A stretch of 54,283 bases of DNA, filler included, from Sphacelaria rigidula (taxonomy: Eukaryota), in the NCBI GenBank assembly GCA_964200075.2. It is 5 parts of 5 records of this genome, joined end to end, with 100 filler letters (N's around TTAATTAATTAA, not from the genome) between each part and the next. Parts side by side here need not be neighbours in the genome. Positions count along the whole stretch, not along the records: positions 32,632 to 43,407 come from CAXNAA020005933.1; positions 43,508 to 54,283 come from CAXNAA020005934.1; 3 more parts are not named here. The stretch is one strand, 5' to 3'. Below the pieces are notes generated by a model that was not told where the DNA came from, made no database searches, and worked only from the letters and a program-made list of their open reading frames with translations. How positions within the stretch are numbered: position 1 is the first letter of the stretch; the number at the start of each line of letters is the position of its first letter. Position numbers and translations under genes: made by a program. Of this stretch, positions 37,381 through 48,515 are shown in pieces.

Positions 37381-38151
37381 TCATCAGCCGCGCAAAGGAG
37401 AAATCGTAGTACTACGTAGTGTGTTTAAATGGTGAGACACCCATGAGGCAGTCTGTAAGCCGCTGCTGTCTCTGGAAGTGGCGATACGCAGAAAATAAAG
37501 CAGCTCATTGGAGGCTATCATCCAAATGCAAGATAATCAGTACGCTTCGGGCGGAACAATCTTGGCAGGATGCAGCTTCACCCTTCACGCGACTCGCCGA
37601 ACACACCACGGCGCCTCGCGCTTGGTGATTTGATTGCGAGCCTGGTCCGGCGAAAACCCGGCGTGGTCCGTCCCGGCTTTGTAGGGATGGGAGGTCAATG
37701 GTCTCATGACTACGGCACGCAAGACCATGAGTACTTACTGACGGTGGAAGGCGAGTTCCACAGCCGTATATCATGGGGCTCGCCATATAAGACAAGCTCC
37801 TCAACGAACGTGGGGCATCACTGTACCACAAAATAATAGCTGAAAGCGTTGCGAATCTAACTACGATGCGCTTCAATTTCGGCGAAGCATATTGACTGTG
37901 GAGCTTGATTATTTGTGCTTCGTTATTTCAATACATAGCTTGTGTTGCAGGTCGACGACAACGCGGAAACTTTATCGCCTGACTGTCATGCTTTTTCCTT
38001 CTTTTGTCCTTTATCCCTGTGACCCTTCATCCCTGTGACCCTTCATCCCTGTGACCCTTTATCCAAGTGACCCTATATTCGGTTACCCTTTATCCACTTA
38101 CCCTTCATCTCGTTGCCCTTATTACCGTGACCCGTGCGTGCCGTTGAGCAG

Positions 38152-38250
38152 AGGGAAGAAGTTCAATTCGCTGAAGGAAGATTGCATCGGAGAGGACTAC
38201 CTGAGCATCAAGAGGTTCCGCTTCTACATCAAATGCGTCATCTGCAGCCA
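38152..38250 (+). CDS. YJU2: YJU2/CCDC94 (Cwf16) splicing factor, single internal exon (possibly a pseudo-exon)
   Basis: GCAG acceptor, GTAAGT donor at 38251. [34 protein letters not shown] matches YJU2 GKKFNARKE....E.YLG..IFRFYIKC..C. Confidence 0.85.
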
Positions 38251-38399
38251 GTAAGTTTTGTCCACAGGTTGGGTTGATTTTTGACGATGGCTTCGAGAGA
38301 AATGTTAACTTCACGGGGGCAGTAGGGGGTCTGGAAAGCGGGGGGTTGCATGGATAGCTTCAAAGGTAGCTGGGATAGGATACGGTAGAGTCCAGGGTA

Positions 38400-38945
38400 T
38401 GGTAGTTTGGGGTGTCAACATCCCAGGGACTCTGGAATACGCCGTATTTTCATATATCGCCAACCCAGATACCCTGGAGTACTCGTCTTTTGTGGTAGTT
38501 GATGACTCGGGTAACCTGGAACACTCCGTATCATCTGTAATCAATAACCCAGGTACGCTCGGATACTCGGTATTCTCAATAACCCTGGAATACTCGATAT
38601 TTTCGGCAATGGATAACCCGGGTGCCCTGGAGTACTAGATCATTTCGATAACCCAGATATCCTAGGATACTCGTTATTCTCGATAACCCTCGAATCGGCT
38701 ATAATTTTAGAAATCGGTAACCGAGATACCTTTGAATACTTGGCATTTTTCGTCAATCGATAACCCGGATATCCTACAATACTCGGTATTCTCAATGGTC
38801 CTGCAACACTCGTTTTATCGTTAATCGATAACCCGGTTACCCTGGAGTACTCCGCGCTACAGTAGTCCCGACAACCGTGGAATACTCGATATTTTCATGA
38901 ATCAATAACCCGGGCACCCTGGAATACTCAGTATTTTCCGTTGAT
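38400..38945. repeat. Degenerate minisatellite (ATAACCCGGGTACCCTGGAATACTCGGTATTTTC-like units)
   Basis: More than 10 diverged units; same family as 3700-4050. Confidence 0.8.
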
Positions 38946-39479
38946 TCACAGCCCATGTGTGTGTGTGTTGTCGTCCCATCTATTCTGGACGCCGGTCTAC
39001 ACCTTTCGGCATATATGGGCACCAGCCGGGGTCACACAGGAGGAGGGTCAACACAGGAGCCTTTTTTTTTTATTTGTTTTTAGTACCCCACCTTCCTTCT
39101 GCGGTGCACTCTACGACATTCGATATTTTCGGTAACCCTGGAATAGTCAGTCCTGCCGGTAATCGAAAACCAAGGTGCCGCCACGCCCCGGTGGTTTAAT
39201 ATTATTAGCACAGCTGATACCATCAGGGTGAAGAGAACGCGGATTTGATTCCTGCCAGATCCCTCTGAGGTTATTTCTTGGCGAGTATATTTATTATTTA
39301 TTACCCTCGTCGAAAGCGTCAGGACGTACGTGAGTGATTTGCTTGACTGGCGCACTTCGACTGACCCCCAGGAATCCAGCCGTGGTCGCATGATGGAAGT
39401 ACCCGAGGTAAAACAAAACTGAAACACTCGCTGAAAAAATACAAAGCAGAAAACCTAGAACAGTACAACACAGTAGACT

Positions 39480-39960
39480 AAGACCGACTCTTATGGGAGC
39501 CGTTCAAAATTCCTACTCAAAACTGCCTTTTTGGCCCTTCTCCGTCGTTTTACGCGTGTAAAGAGGGCCAGGCGGGTGTTGACGCCTCGGAATAACTTGC
39601 TCTACTCATTGAGGCCGTTCCAGGGCAACCTTGCATTTCCCGCTGGCCGCACTTTCAATTTTGGCCAAACACGGATTTCCAACAAAAATGGTATAACAAT
39701 CAGGAAGCAGGGGAAAATTTTCATTACCTGACCGTTTTTTACTGAAAATCCGTGCCTCGCCTCATTTGGCCAGAAACAAAAGTGCGGCCAGCGGGAAATG
39801 CAAAGTTGCCCTAGAACAGCCTCAACGAGTAGAGCAAGTCATTCCAAGGCGTCAACGTCCGCCTAGCCCTCTTTTCGGGTGTAAATCGACGGAGAAGGGC
39901 CAAGAAGGCAGTTTTGAACAGGAATTTTGAACGGCTGCCATTATAGTTGAGTTGGCCTAA
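39480..39960. mobile_element. Palindromic MITE family B copy
   Basis: GAGCCGTTCAAAATTCC...GGAATTTTGAACGGCTGCC outer inverted repeats and inverted internal arms. Confidence 0.75.
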
Positions 39961-41654
39961 GACGTGAAAAAAAGAAGAAAGAAAAAAACGTGAGTAGCAA
40001 AATAGTTTGTGTCGACTGAATTTGTTTGGCGACAGTCGACGCGGTGAAGGAGTGCTGATGGTCATGATCTAATCCACGAGGCGAAAATTGCAAGGCGTGT
40101 ACAAGGAGAGGAGGGATGGGTTGAATCCTCGAGATGGAAAGTGTGGCTTGAAGAAAAAAAAAAGATACCCTGGCATGGTCGATGCTTTCGGTGCACTATT
40201 AACAGTTACCGCTCGAATGAAATTAACTCGATCGAGAATTTGTCGCGGGCTGTTGGATCATTACTCTTTGAAAGTCCTCCCATCGATGATCGTTGAGAAG
40301 AAAGGAGCAGGTCGTTCTGGGGTAATACTTGCCAACTTGTCTTGTTACTGTCAGGGCAATACGGGCTAGAATTCCGTTTTGTAGATGGGGATGTTATTAG
40401 CCGTATTTTGTTCCACCCCACACACTGTTTCGGCGATAGCGCAAACACATAGCTGGAAATTACATTGACGACTGTTCTCGAGATCGATCGGGATTGATTC
40501 GATGTTGATACTGGTTCAGCCAGAACCTGAGGCTGTGTACTTGCAGGACCCTCGACGACCGGTTAGCCTGTAATTCATTTCAAATTTTATTGCTGAAAAC
40601 TATCGTCCTTTCGAAAAAAAAAAATCGGGCACTAATATTCTTCTCCATCCGCAATTTCTTGTGAGCCATGGTGAGCGAAAAATGTCGGAGAAATCGATTT
40701 GTACTGAAATTGGTCGTTCGAGTGTGTTGTGTTGTGTGTGTTGTCGTCCCATCTACTGTGGATGCCGGTATATGTAGGCGCACCGGCCGGGGTCACACAG
40801 GAGGAAGGCCAACACAGGAGGTTTCATATTTTCTTTGTTTCAGTTCTCCACCTTCCTTCTGCGGTGCTTGCCTTTTATTTTTCATCGCGAGAGGGATTCA
40901 GCAGTCCCATTCTCTCGTCAATCGTTGAGTCAAATTACATGTACCCACGAGATAGTCGCTCGTCTCTGTTATGGTGGTGAATGCAGGCCAAAAATCTGTT
41001 GTCAATATATATATGTATATATAAACGCGGAGGGGTGTTGAAGAAGTATTGAAGACGTCATTGACACCTGTGCCGAAGCTCTGCCGAACAGAACACAGGC
41101 TCCATCCGACGTTACCTAGGTTTAGAATACAACAGTTGTATTTTTTCATCGTATAGTTCTCGAGACAGGAAGCAAACCGGCCTGTGGCACTTGACAGCTT
41201 CCCGCACACATACTAGATCTATTCAGCGCCGCGGCGGATTTGCTCAATTCGCCACAGCGGATGCGAAAAGCCCCCGAACGTCGAAGAAAACGCGTTCTTG
41301 AGTACATTTTGGCGGTTTGCAAAGTGCTGCGGGCTCCGCGGCACGCGTTACGGAAAGCCGCCGCGCTACTGAATAGTTCTGGTGTGTGGGAAGCGTACGC
41401 ATCAAACCGCAGTCCAATCCTCTGCTTCGTTGCCGATATACCTGCGTTGGAAGATGAGCACAACAACATTCTGCAACAAGAAGGGCACAACAACAACACG
41501 AGCAGCAGCAGCTCCTGTCCTCCTGTTGTAACCCTGTGCACAGGTGTACAACAATGTCAGTCACACGGTTGTTGTAGAATGTACTATAGCATTAGTATAT
41601 TTTGTACGAGCGCCGTCGTCATTTCGAGTGACGCGTGTACTAGTGATTGACACT

Positions 41655-42018
41655 GTGTGTGTGTATTTTATCGTCCCATCTATTCTGGACGCCGGTCTAC
41701 ACCTTTCGGTACATGCGGGCGCACCAGCCGGGGTCACACAGGAGGACGGTCAACACAAGTTTTTTTTCTTTTTTGTTCATGTTTAGTGCTCCGTCTTCCT
41801 TCTACGGTGCTTGCTTTTATTTTTAACGCGAGAGGGTATAGCAGTCCCTTTTCCTCGTCAACCGTCTAGTCGAATGTTGTGTACCCACGACATACTGTAG
41901 TCTCTCTCCACTGTTGGGAATGGTGTCGGAAAAAATCCCACATCACTCCGAGATTTGAACCCACGACCCTACCGTCAGAAGGTCCCGAATTTACCGACTG
42001 AGCCGCCGGGACGACCGG
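41655..42018 (-). mobile_element. Near full-length tRNA-derived SINE (family C) with (AC)n tail
   Basis: Minus strand begins CCGGTCGTCCCGGCGGCTCAGTCGGTAA (A-box-like) ... GGGTTCAAATCTC (B-box-like), then the shared body and an ACACACAC tail. A second head copy lies at about 42150-42240. Confidence 0.75.
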
Positions 42019-43305
42019 TGCACTGAGTGGCCAATTTAGGGGGTTTTTTCTCCATACAGCTGGCTGTGTAGTTGGTCGGTTCATTTTCCCTGTGTAAAGT
42101 GCCCAAAATCGGGCCCCATTCACCCCCATAACTGTTGAGCGTGGTGTGAGTAAAAATCACAGATCGCTCCGAGAGTTGTACCCACGATCCAACCGCCGGA
42201 GGGTATCGAAGTTACCAACTGAGCAACCGGGGCGATCGGGGTTGTAATTCGAGTAGTAGCTCCTAATGTTATCGTCGGATCCACTCTGTACCCTGTAATA
42301 CTCGATTTTTGGGTAACCGATACCTCAGGTACGGTGGAATAACCCGGTATTTTTCTCGTGGTCAACAACTCAGGTACCCTGAAATAGTCGGTAGTGCAAC
42401 AGCGCTGGAAATCCAGGGTCCCTGAGAGCAGCACTCATATCACAACCAACTTCGGGTCGTTTTAGTCCCGCTGTAGTATCCCTTGAGCAGAGAGCCAAGA
42501 TCGAAGCGACCCTGGCAGAGCTGCGTCTTCGCCCGAAGCATTTCATTTGGCCGGCGTTACGCACATGTACTTGTTTCTCCAAACCTCTATGGTCCTGAAT
42601 CGGTTCATGAGCGATCATGTGGGATTTTTGTCGGCAGATGTGAGCGTGTGCACATTTGTACTCGCCGGACACAATGTGGTCAATACTTGCAGTAGGACTG
42701 TACTTTACGCAGTACGTTTGTTTTGTTGCAACTATTGACCACATGTTGTTCTGAGTGTGACATATTCTCACTTGCCGGACTGGGTCGATGCCACGGCGCT
42801 GTTGATTGTCGGCGCACGAAATAACTTTTTGTCGACTTACGCACACTTTGCAGAGACACAGAGATATGCCGTTAACGACAGGGGTGACATTGTTGCTGTT
42901 TTCGCATGGTTTTCCGGGATATGTCAGCTGTGGTTCAGGGTACTGGGGGTATTGAGCATATTGTCTTTCCCTTGCCCTAAAAATAAAATAAAATAAACAA
43001 GCATCCAACCATCAACCAACCAATTGATTAATTAAATCATTAATTATTACTATTATGTGCACCACTTAGTTGACCCATGACGTAGACGATATTACGTGTC
43101 GTTTCGCTGTTCAACAATTTGGTTAGTCTAAGGTTGTGTTCGATTGGAATATGACGATTTTAATTTTTGCCATTTGGTGGAAGATATTAGTCATGTGTCG
43201 TACACAGACAGCGAATGTGTCGAACCAGGCATCCTGCGGCTGTTGGTGTCCTCACCAAAACTCACGGCGTCATGAGCCTCACCCACGATCGGGATGGGGG
43301 GGGGG

Positions 43306-43338
43306 CGTACTCATTTGTTCCTTGCCTTAGTCGTTTGA
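43306..43338 (-). mobile_element. ~33-bp LINE 3'-end insertion inside a poly-G tract
   Basis: Reverse complement TCAAACGACTAAGGCAAGGAACAAATGAGTACG, between G10 (43296-43305) and G23 (43341-43363). Confidence 0.8.
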
Positions 43339-43407
43339 GAGGGGGGGGGGGGGGGGGGGGGGGAAGACGGGTGATGCGGGCCATAGTGGGGGGACGAGGG
43401 TAATGCC

Positions 43408-43507
43408 NNNNNNNNNNNNNNNNNNNNNNNNNNNNNNNNNNNNNNNNNNNNTTAATTAATTAANNNNNNNNNNNNNNNNNNNNNNNNNNNNNNNNNNNNN
43501 NNNNNNN
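43408..43507. other. Artificial contig linker
   Basis: N44-TTAATTAATTAA-N44. Confidence 0.97.
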
Positions 43508-44045
43508 AAATTTGGACAGTCTTTGAGAAACTAAGAAATTACGGATTCTGCATACTTCTTACGCTGACTACTGTATGTCGGATTTGACAAGCAGAGGCTG
43601 TCCGCAAGTCCGCCTTTTTCCCAATTCAGGATAAATTGGCGGGAAAAACGAGGACTTTTGAGAAGCTTCTGCTGCTCAAAGTCTATACGCCAGTGTATGG
43701 GACTTGGAAAGCGAAGGCTGCTTGAAATAAGTAATCGTTTTGCTCAATTTGGAAATAAATTGGGCAAAGCGAGGATTTTTTTCCAACAGCCTCTGCTGTA
43801 CAAATTCCAAATGCCACTTTCTACGATGGCCCCCCTTCAAAAAGTGGCTGGTTTGGGGACGCAAAACCTACACGTGAATCGAAACGAAAAAGGCCGAGCA
43901 CAACGAGCAGCTGGAAATTCCAACGCTTGGGTTCGTTTTCGCCAATGTTGCCTATACGAGGCGCTTCATGCAGCCTGAAAGCAAACATGAGGCGCTGTAT
44001 TAACATTCTCTTCGTGACAGTTTTGGGCTGTTTTTTGGGGGGGGG

Positions 44046-44111
44046 CGCCCTCATTTGTTGCTTGCCTTGGTCGTTTACCTATTGGCCACGCATCCCTGTC
44101 GAGACGGAGCA
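44046..44111 (-). mobile_element. ~66-bp LINE 3'-end insertion with G-rich TSD
   Basis: Reverse complement matches 52236-52300; flanked by TTTTGGGGGGG and TTTTGGAGGGG. Confidence 0.75.
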
Positions 44112-45221
44112 ATTATTTTGGAGGGGTCTATTGTAGAAAGTGTCAAATATGCTGTAACACGTATAGATAGGATTTCCACAGCATGAGTGCCTTCAGCAAA
44201 AATCCAGGGGACCTCGATCTCAACACAAACCCTCAGGAGAGACCCCAACGTTGAAATCCGCTAGAAAATTGCAATACCGAAGATAAGGTCCGACCCTCTA
44301 TTGGGACACCCTCTACTATGTGCACGACTCCGAAGGTACCATCTCATGTACCCTTCGGCGAAAGCAAAGTGTCCACTTGTGCATGACGCTCAAACGCTTC
44401 CTGGATTTCTCCTTATTGGTTCGCAATTTCTTGCTGCTGAAATTTGACAATCCTGTTGACTGCGTTGCTCGGGATGGTTGATAATCGAAAACATTCTGCG
44501 GTTGTACCTCTTCTATTTTAGGTACAGTTGTATCATTATTACTGTTTATGCACCTAGGTGATTGTACCGATTTACTGTTCAGGTATAATACAGGTGACAC
44601 AATCCATCTGAATTGTTCGGGTATGTATGCAGGTGCTTGAACTGATTTTTCTCACTACTTGTCTAATGTGGAACCTGTTTGCCTATAGTGATGGATCTAC
44701 ACTCTTGGCTCCCTGTGCTCCTTCAATGTACGCTTCCTTGGGTCGTAAAGATGACTGATGCTGTCGCTGCTTCTTACTGTGCTGACGAGAAATATTACTT
44801 TTCAAACTTGTAGATGTGCATCTACTCTTCTTCTGATCTGCTGTCTCAGACTTAATCGATGCCATCTTATTTTTATCTCTCTTCTTCTGGTTCCCACTTG
44901 AAAAAACAAATATTCGTCTCCTTCTGCTCTCCTATTGACCAACAGAGCTGTGCCAACGCCTTCGATTTTCCTGACACTAGTAACACCCAATAAAAAAAGT
45001 TGAGGATGTCGCATTTCATTGATACGATTTTCATGAACGCGATCCCATCCAAGTTGATAGTCCACCAGGGACGGCCGGCAACGGTTCATACCAAACATCC
45101 TCTCTTCCTTCCGTGGGTTGCTATAACCGTGAGCAAAATGAGTTTGTGTTGCACCCGAGAAAATACGTCCGCTGTCTCTCAATCTCACGAAAACGTTTAA
45201 TGCAAGCAACGAATATGTACG

Positions 45222-45875
45222 CCCCCCCCATATGTTCCAACTCGTCTCGAAGTTGATACACTCGTGTCGAAAATATATCGGGATCTTCACCCTGCGACAT
45301 AATTAGGTTGTCTAACTGCCTTGTTAAAATGCATCGCGTTTGCCTGGCCGAGTTCTGATATTATTTCGTAACTAAGCTATCCCAAGCTTTTTTCCATTGG
45401 GTCTTTGTGAGGTGTTTAGTTCGAATAGTAGAATATAACTTGCTGCGGGACCGGTTGTAGTCAGGTACAACATATGAAACACCACTTCATTATTGCGATG
45501 GAAATCAGCTGTTTCTTGCGCGTTACGGACTACTCTTACATGGATGTCAGTCCTATCTGCTCTAACTGTGAGATCCCGAGTTGATTAGATAGCCACTCCT
45601 ACTGCCGACTCTCTTCTGAAGACGGTTTTGTTCCTGCTTCCGTTGGAAGGCTTCTAGAACGTGCAGCTATAGGGCTTACCCTTGACGTACTTCTAGCACT
45701 GGACTGTGAAATTTATAAATCCTATCGCAGCCTAAGGTCATAAATTTCCCCGGGATAATTTCCGCCGTTAATAATTTTTGAAATGCCCGGGTGTGTTGGT
45801 AAAACTACACCCGAACGGACTGTTTTCACTGGAGGAAGTCTGTCCCGTTAAACGTACTGAGACTCCGTATCACTT
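45222..45875 (-). pseudogene. Ty1/Copia gag relic
   Basis: SLSTFNGTDFLQ*K ... VFHMLYLTTTGPAAS ... KKAWDSLVTK*YQNSARQTRCILTRQLDNLIMSQGEDPDIFSTRVYQLRDELEHMG, a UBN2/Retrotran_gag_2-like pattern with stops and a frameshift. Confidence 0.65.
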
Positions 45876-47589
45876 CAGTAACAGATGGCTCTCCAGATAA
45901 ATTCATCCGTTACAATCCGTGTTAGATTTTTTTGCACCTCGACTTTTGTTCGTCTCAAATCTCTTCTTCGTCTTCTTGACGGAACTATGCTATTCACACC
46001 TCAACTCTTCTCTTGACGCCCTCGCTGGTAGGTGGGACGACCACGCTCTTTCCTCGTTGCAGCTGAACGTCCTTGATGGGACGTCCTTCTCGCTGGTGCT
46101 GACTACAGTACTCTACCGAGTCGTGTTGGCTACTTACAGACTGTATTCGCGAGTCGTAATGTGTGGTCGCAGCATGAAGATGCTCTCACTGATATTCACT
46201 TACAAAACGGCGATCTGAAAAACACCAACTGTATCCAGCAGTCATGGTGTTCCAGAAATTGCTGTGCGCCGGCGGGGTGCTGCCTCACGCAAGATCTGAC
46301 GCATGCTTGTGCGACGGACGACGTGTGCTACGATGATGCGTCTCGTTTTGTATGCTGTTGCGACGCCATGTACTACGCAGATCGTGGAGCAAGCCAAGAC
46401 GAGCTTCGTTCCCAGGACTCACGCGGCTAAGGCATTCGGCATCGTGTATGGGATGTGTCATGTCGGCACGTATCTTAAGGAATCCATGCTCCATTTCCTG
46501 CCGGTCGAAAAGGTGAAGCAACCCCCACGACGTACAGTACGTGTACCGGTAAAAGCAGTATCGACAACGGAACGCTTTGTGTTTTACATCATCACTCGTC
46601 GATCACGATGTATTTGATACGGTGAATCAGCTTCAAATATTATCGCCGTTGTTCATTGCAAGGTTCAGAGTTTAACCGTCGGCGAGGTGCATGCCGCTTC
46701 TACGGTTTCAGTGTTTCGCATAATACGGCGGCGTAGCTCCGGCAGTATTCCATGCTAAATAGAAATCAATATCACCAACAAACACCTTATTTTCAAGACG
46801 GATTAACATTAAAATGAAAACATTAACATGAAGTTCAACCTCTATACAGCGCTTTTCCCTGATCTGAAGCTATGAAAACGACCTTCATATCGATGGCCTC
46901 ATGCCCCCCGACCTTCCTGGAACAAATTTTGAGGGTTTTCCGTCTTTCGTTCCCCCAAAGGGCATATGCGAAAGCACCTTTTTGCGTCGATTTCAGCGTG
47001 AAAAAAGGGACGCTTTTTAGCCCGAATATCGCGCTTTCGTACATACGCTGGTAGAACGGAGACGGGAAACCCCCAAAATATTGTTTCAGGGAGGTCGGGG
47101 GGCATGGAGCGTCCATGTGGGAATCATTTGTAGTGACTTTTGTTCAGGAAAAGCACTGTTTTGGAGTTGAACCTCACTTTAATGTTTAACATCATTTTCG
47201 GATATAATATGTTAACGGCTCATGGCTTTCCACGATCTCAATGAGTTTTGTGGGTAATATACAAAAAAGGGTATACCCTGTGATTTTTAAAAGAAAAATA
47301 GGTTGGTGCGCTTTTCGGTTTGGGACGCGGCGCTGCACACGGGCTGGGCACATCAAAAACACGTTCGGGCGCCTCATCGCTACGCCCAAGGTGCCTGGGC
47401 AGCACGCCCAACCTTTTCTTTTAACACAGGACATTAGGCTCAGCTACGGCGCGGAAAAGGAGAGCCTATTAGGACACCCTTTTTTGTCAAGAAACCAGCA
47501 GGGTACACCCGACTCTCAGCTTTCAAGTTATATCATACCTTTTTTCGTTCATCTGTGTACCCCTTTATGCTCACGTGGTTACCCTTCGA

Positions 47590-48515
47590 CGATTCGACTT
47601 ATATTCCACACTTGTAGGGATCACTCATACGGTTCGTACAAAACTTGTGATTCATACATGTTTTGGGTTCGTGATTCGTGCGGTACACCAACAAACGTAC
47701 CCGTTTTCTAACTTTCATTCGTATGGTATGAAACAGGGGTAAATGTTTCCCAATTTCCATTCATGCAGCGTGAATCATAGGCCCACGTTCTCCACCTTCC
47801 ATCCATGCGTCATGAAGGACACACCCCGGAAGCGCCCACTACAGTCAATGGGTAGTACAGTACAGTGCAGTACAGTAAAGTTCAGCACGGTATGGTACTG
47901 TACAACTTGTACTGCGGACAATACAACAGTAGCACGAAATATCAAACCTGCCATTCATCCGGCATAAATGAATCATGGGTGCATACTGTGTTTCTCTCCT
48001 CGATTCAAGCAGCATGAATCACGTGACTCATGTACATGTTTTCCATCTTGCATCGTGCATAATGAATCATGGGTATATGTTTCCCACCTTCCATTCATAC
48101 GAGGTGAATCAAGCGTATGTGTATATTCCACTTTACTCATGCAGCGTGAATCATACGTAAATACTCTCGCCCCTTCCATCTATACGAGGTGAATCAAGCG
48201 TGCATGTTTCCCATTTTCCATTTATGCAGCATGATTCATACGCACATTTTCCCCACTTTCGATTCGTATGAGATGACTAAAGCGTACATATTTTCCACCA
48301 AAGACTCATCAAGGAATTGTGATTCGTACATATTTTGCACTCTTGAATCATGTGACACTGCTGGGTGTGTACACATTTTCAGTTCGTGATTCGTGCAGTA
48401 TGACCTTGAATGTACAACTTCGTCATCCATGATTGATACCGCATGACTCTTTGGCACATGGTTCGCATTCAACATTTATGGGGAGCCAACCCGTATGAAC
48501 TCTGACTCGTCCGAA
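47590..48515. repeat. Degenerate ~39-bp tandem repeat array (GTGAATCA...ATGTTTCCCACCTTCCATTCATGC) inserted into a family-A element
   Basis: Recurring ATGAATCA/GTGAATCA and CCATTCAT units. The family-A sequence GTGTACCCCTTTATGC appears on both sides (about 47555 and 48518). Confidence 0.65.

Noticed and set aside
41170-41480. Protein-like ORF LPAHILDLFSAAADLLNSPQ...CFVADIPALE
   Set aside because: No recognisable motif or clear splice boundaries; cannot be supported without a homology search.
41940-42018. tRNA gene
   Set aside because: A/B boxes are present but no convincing cloverleaf; it is attached to a repeated body and has a second diverged copy nearby, so it is treated as a SINE head.
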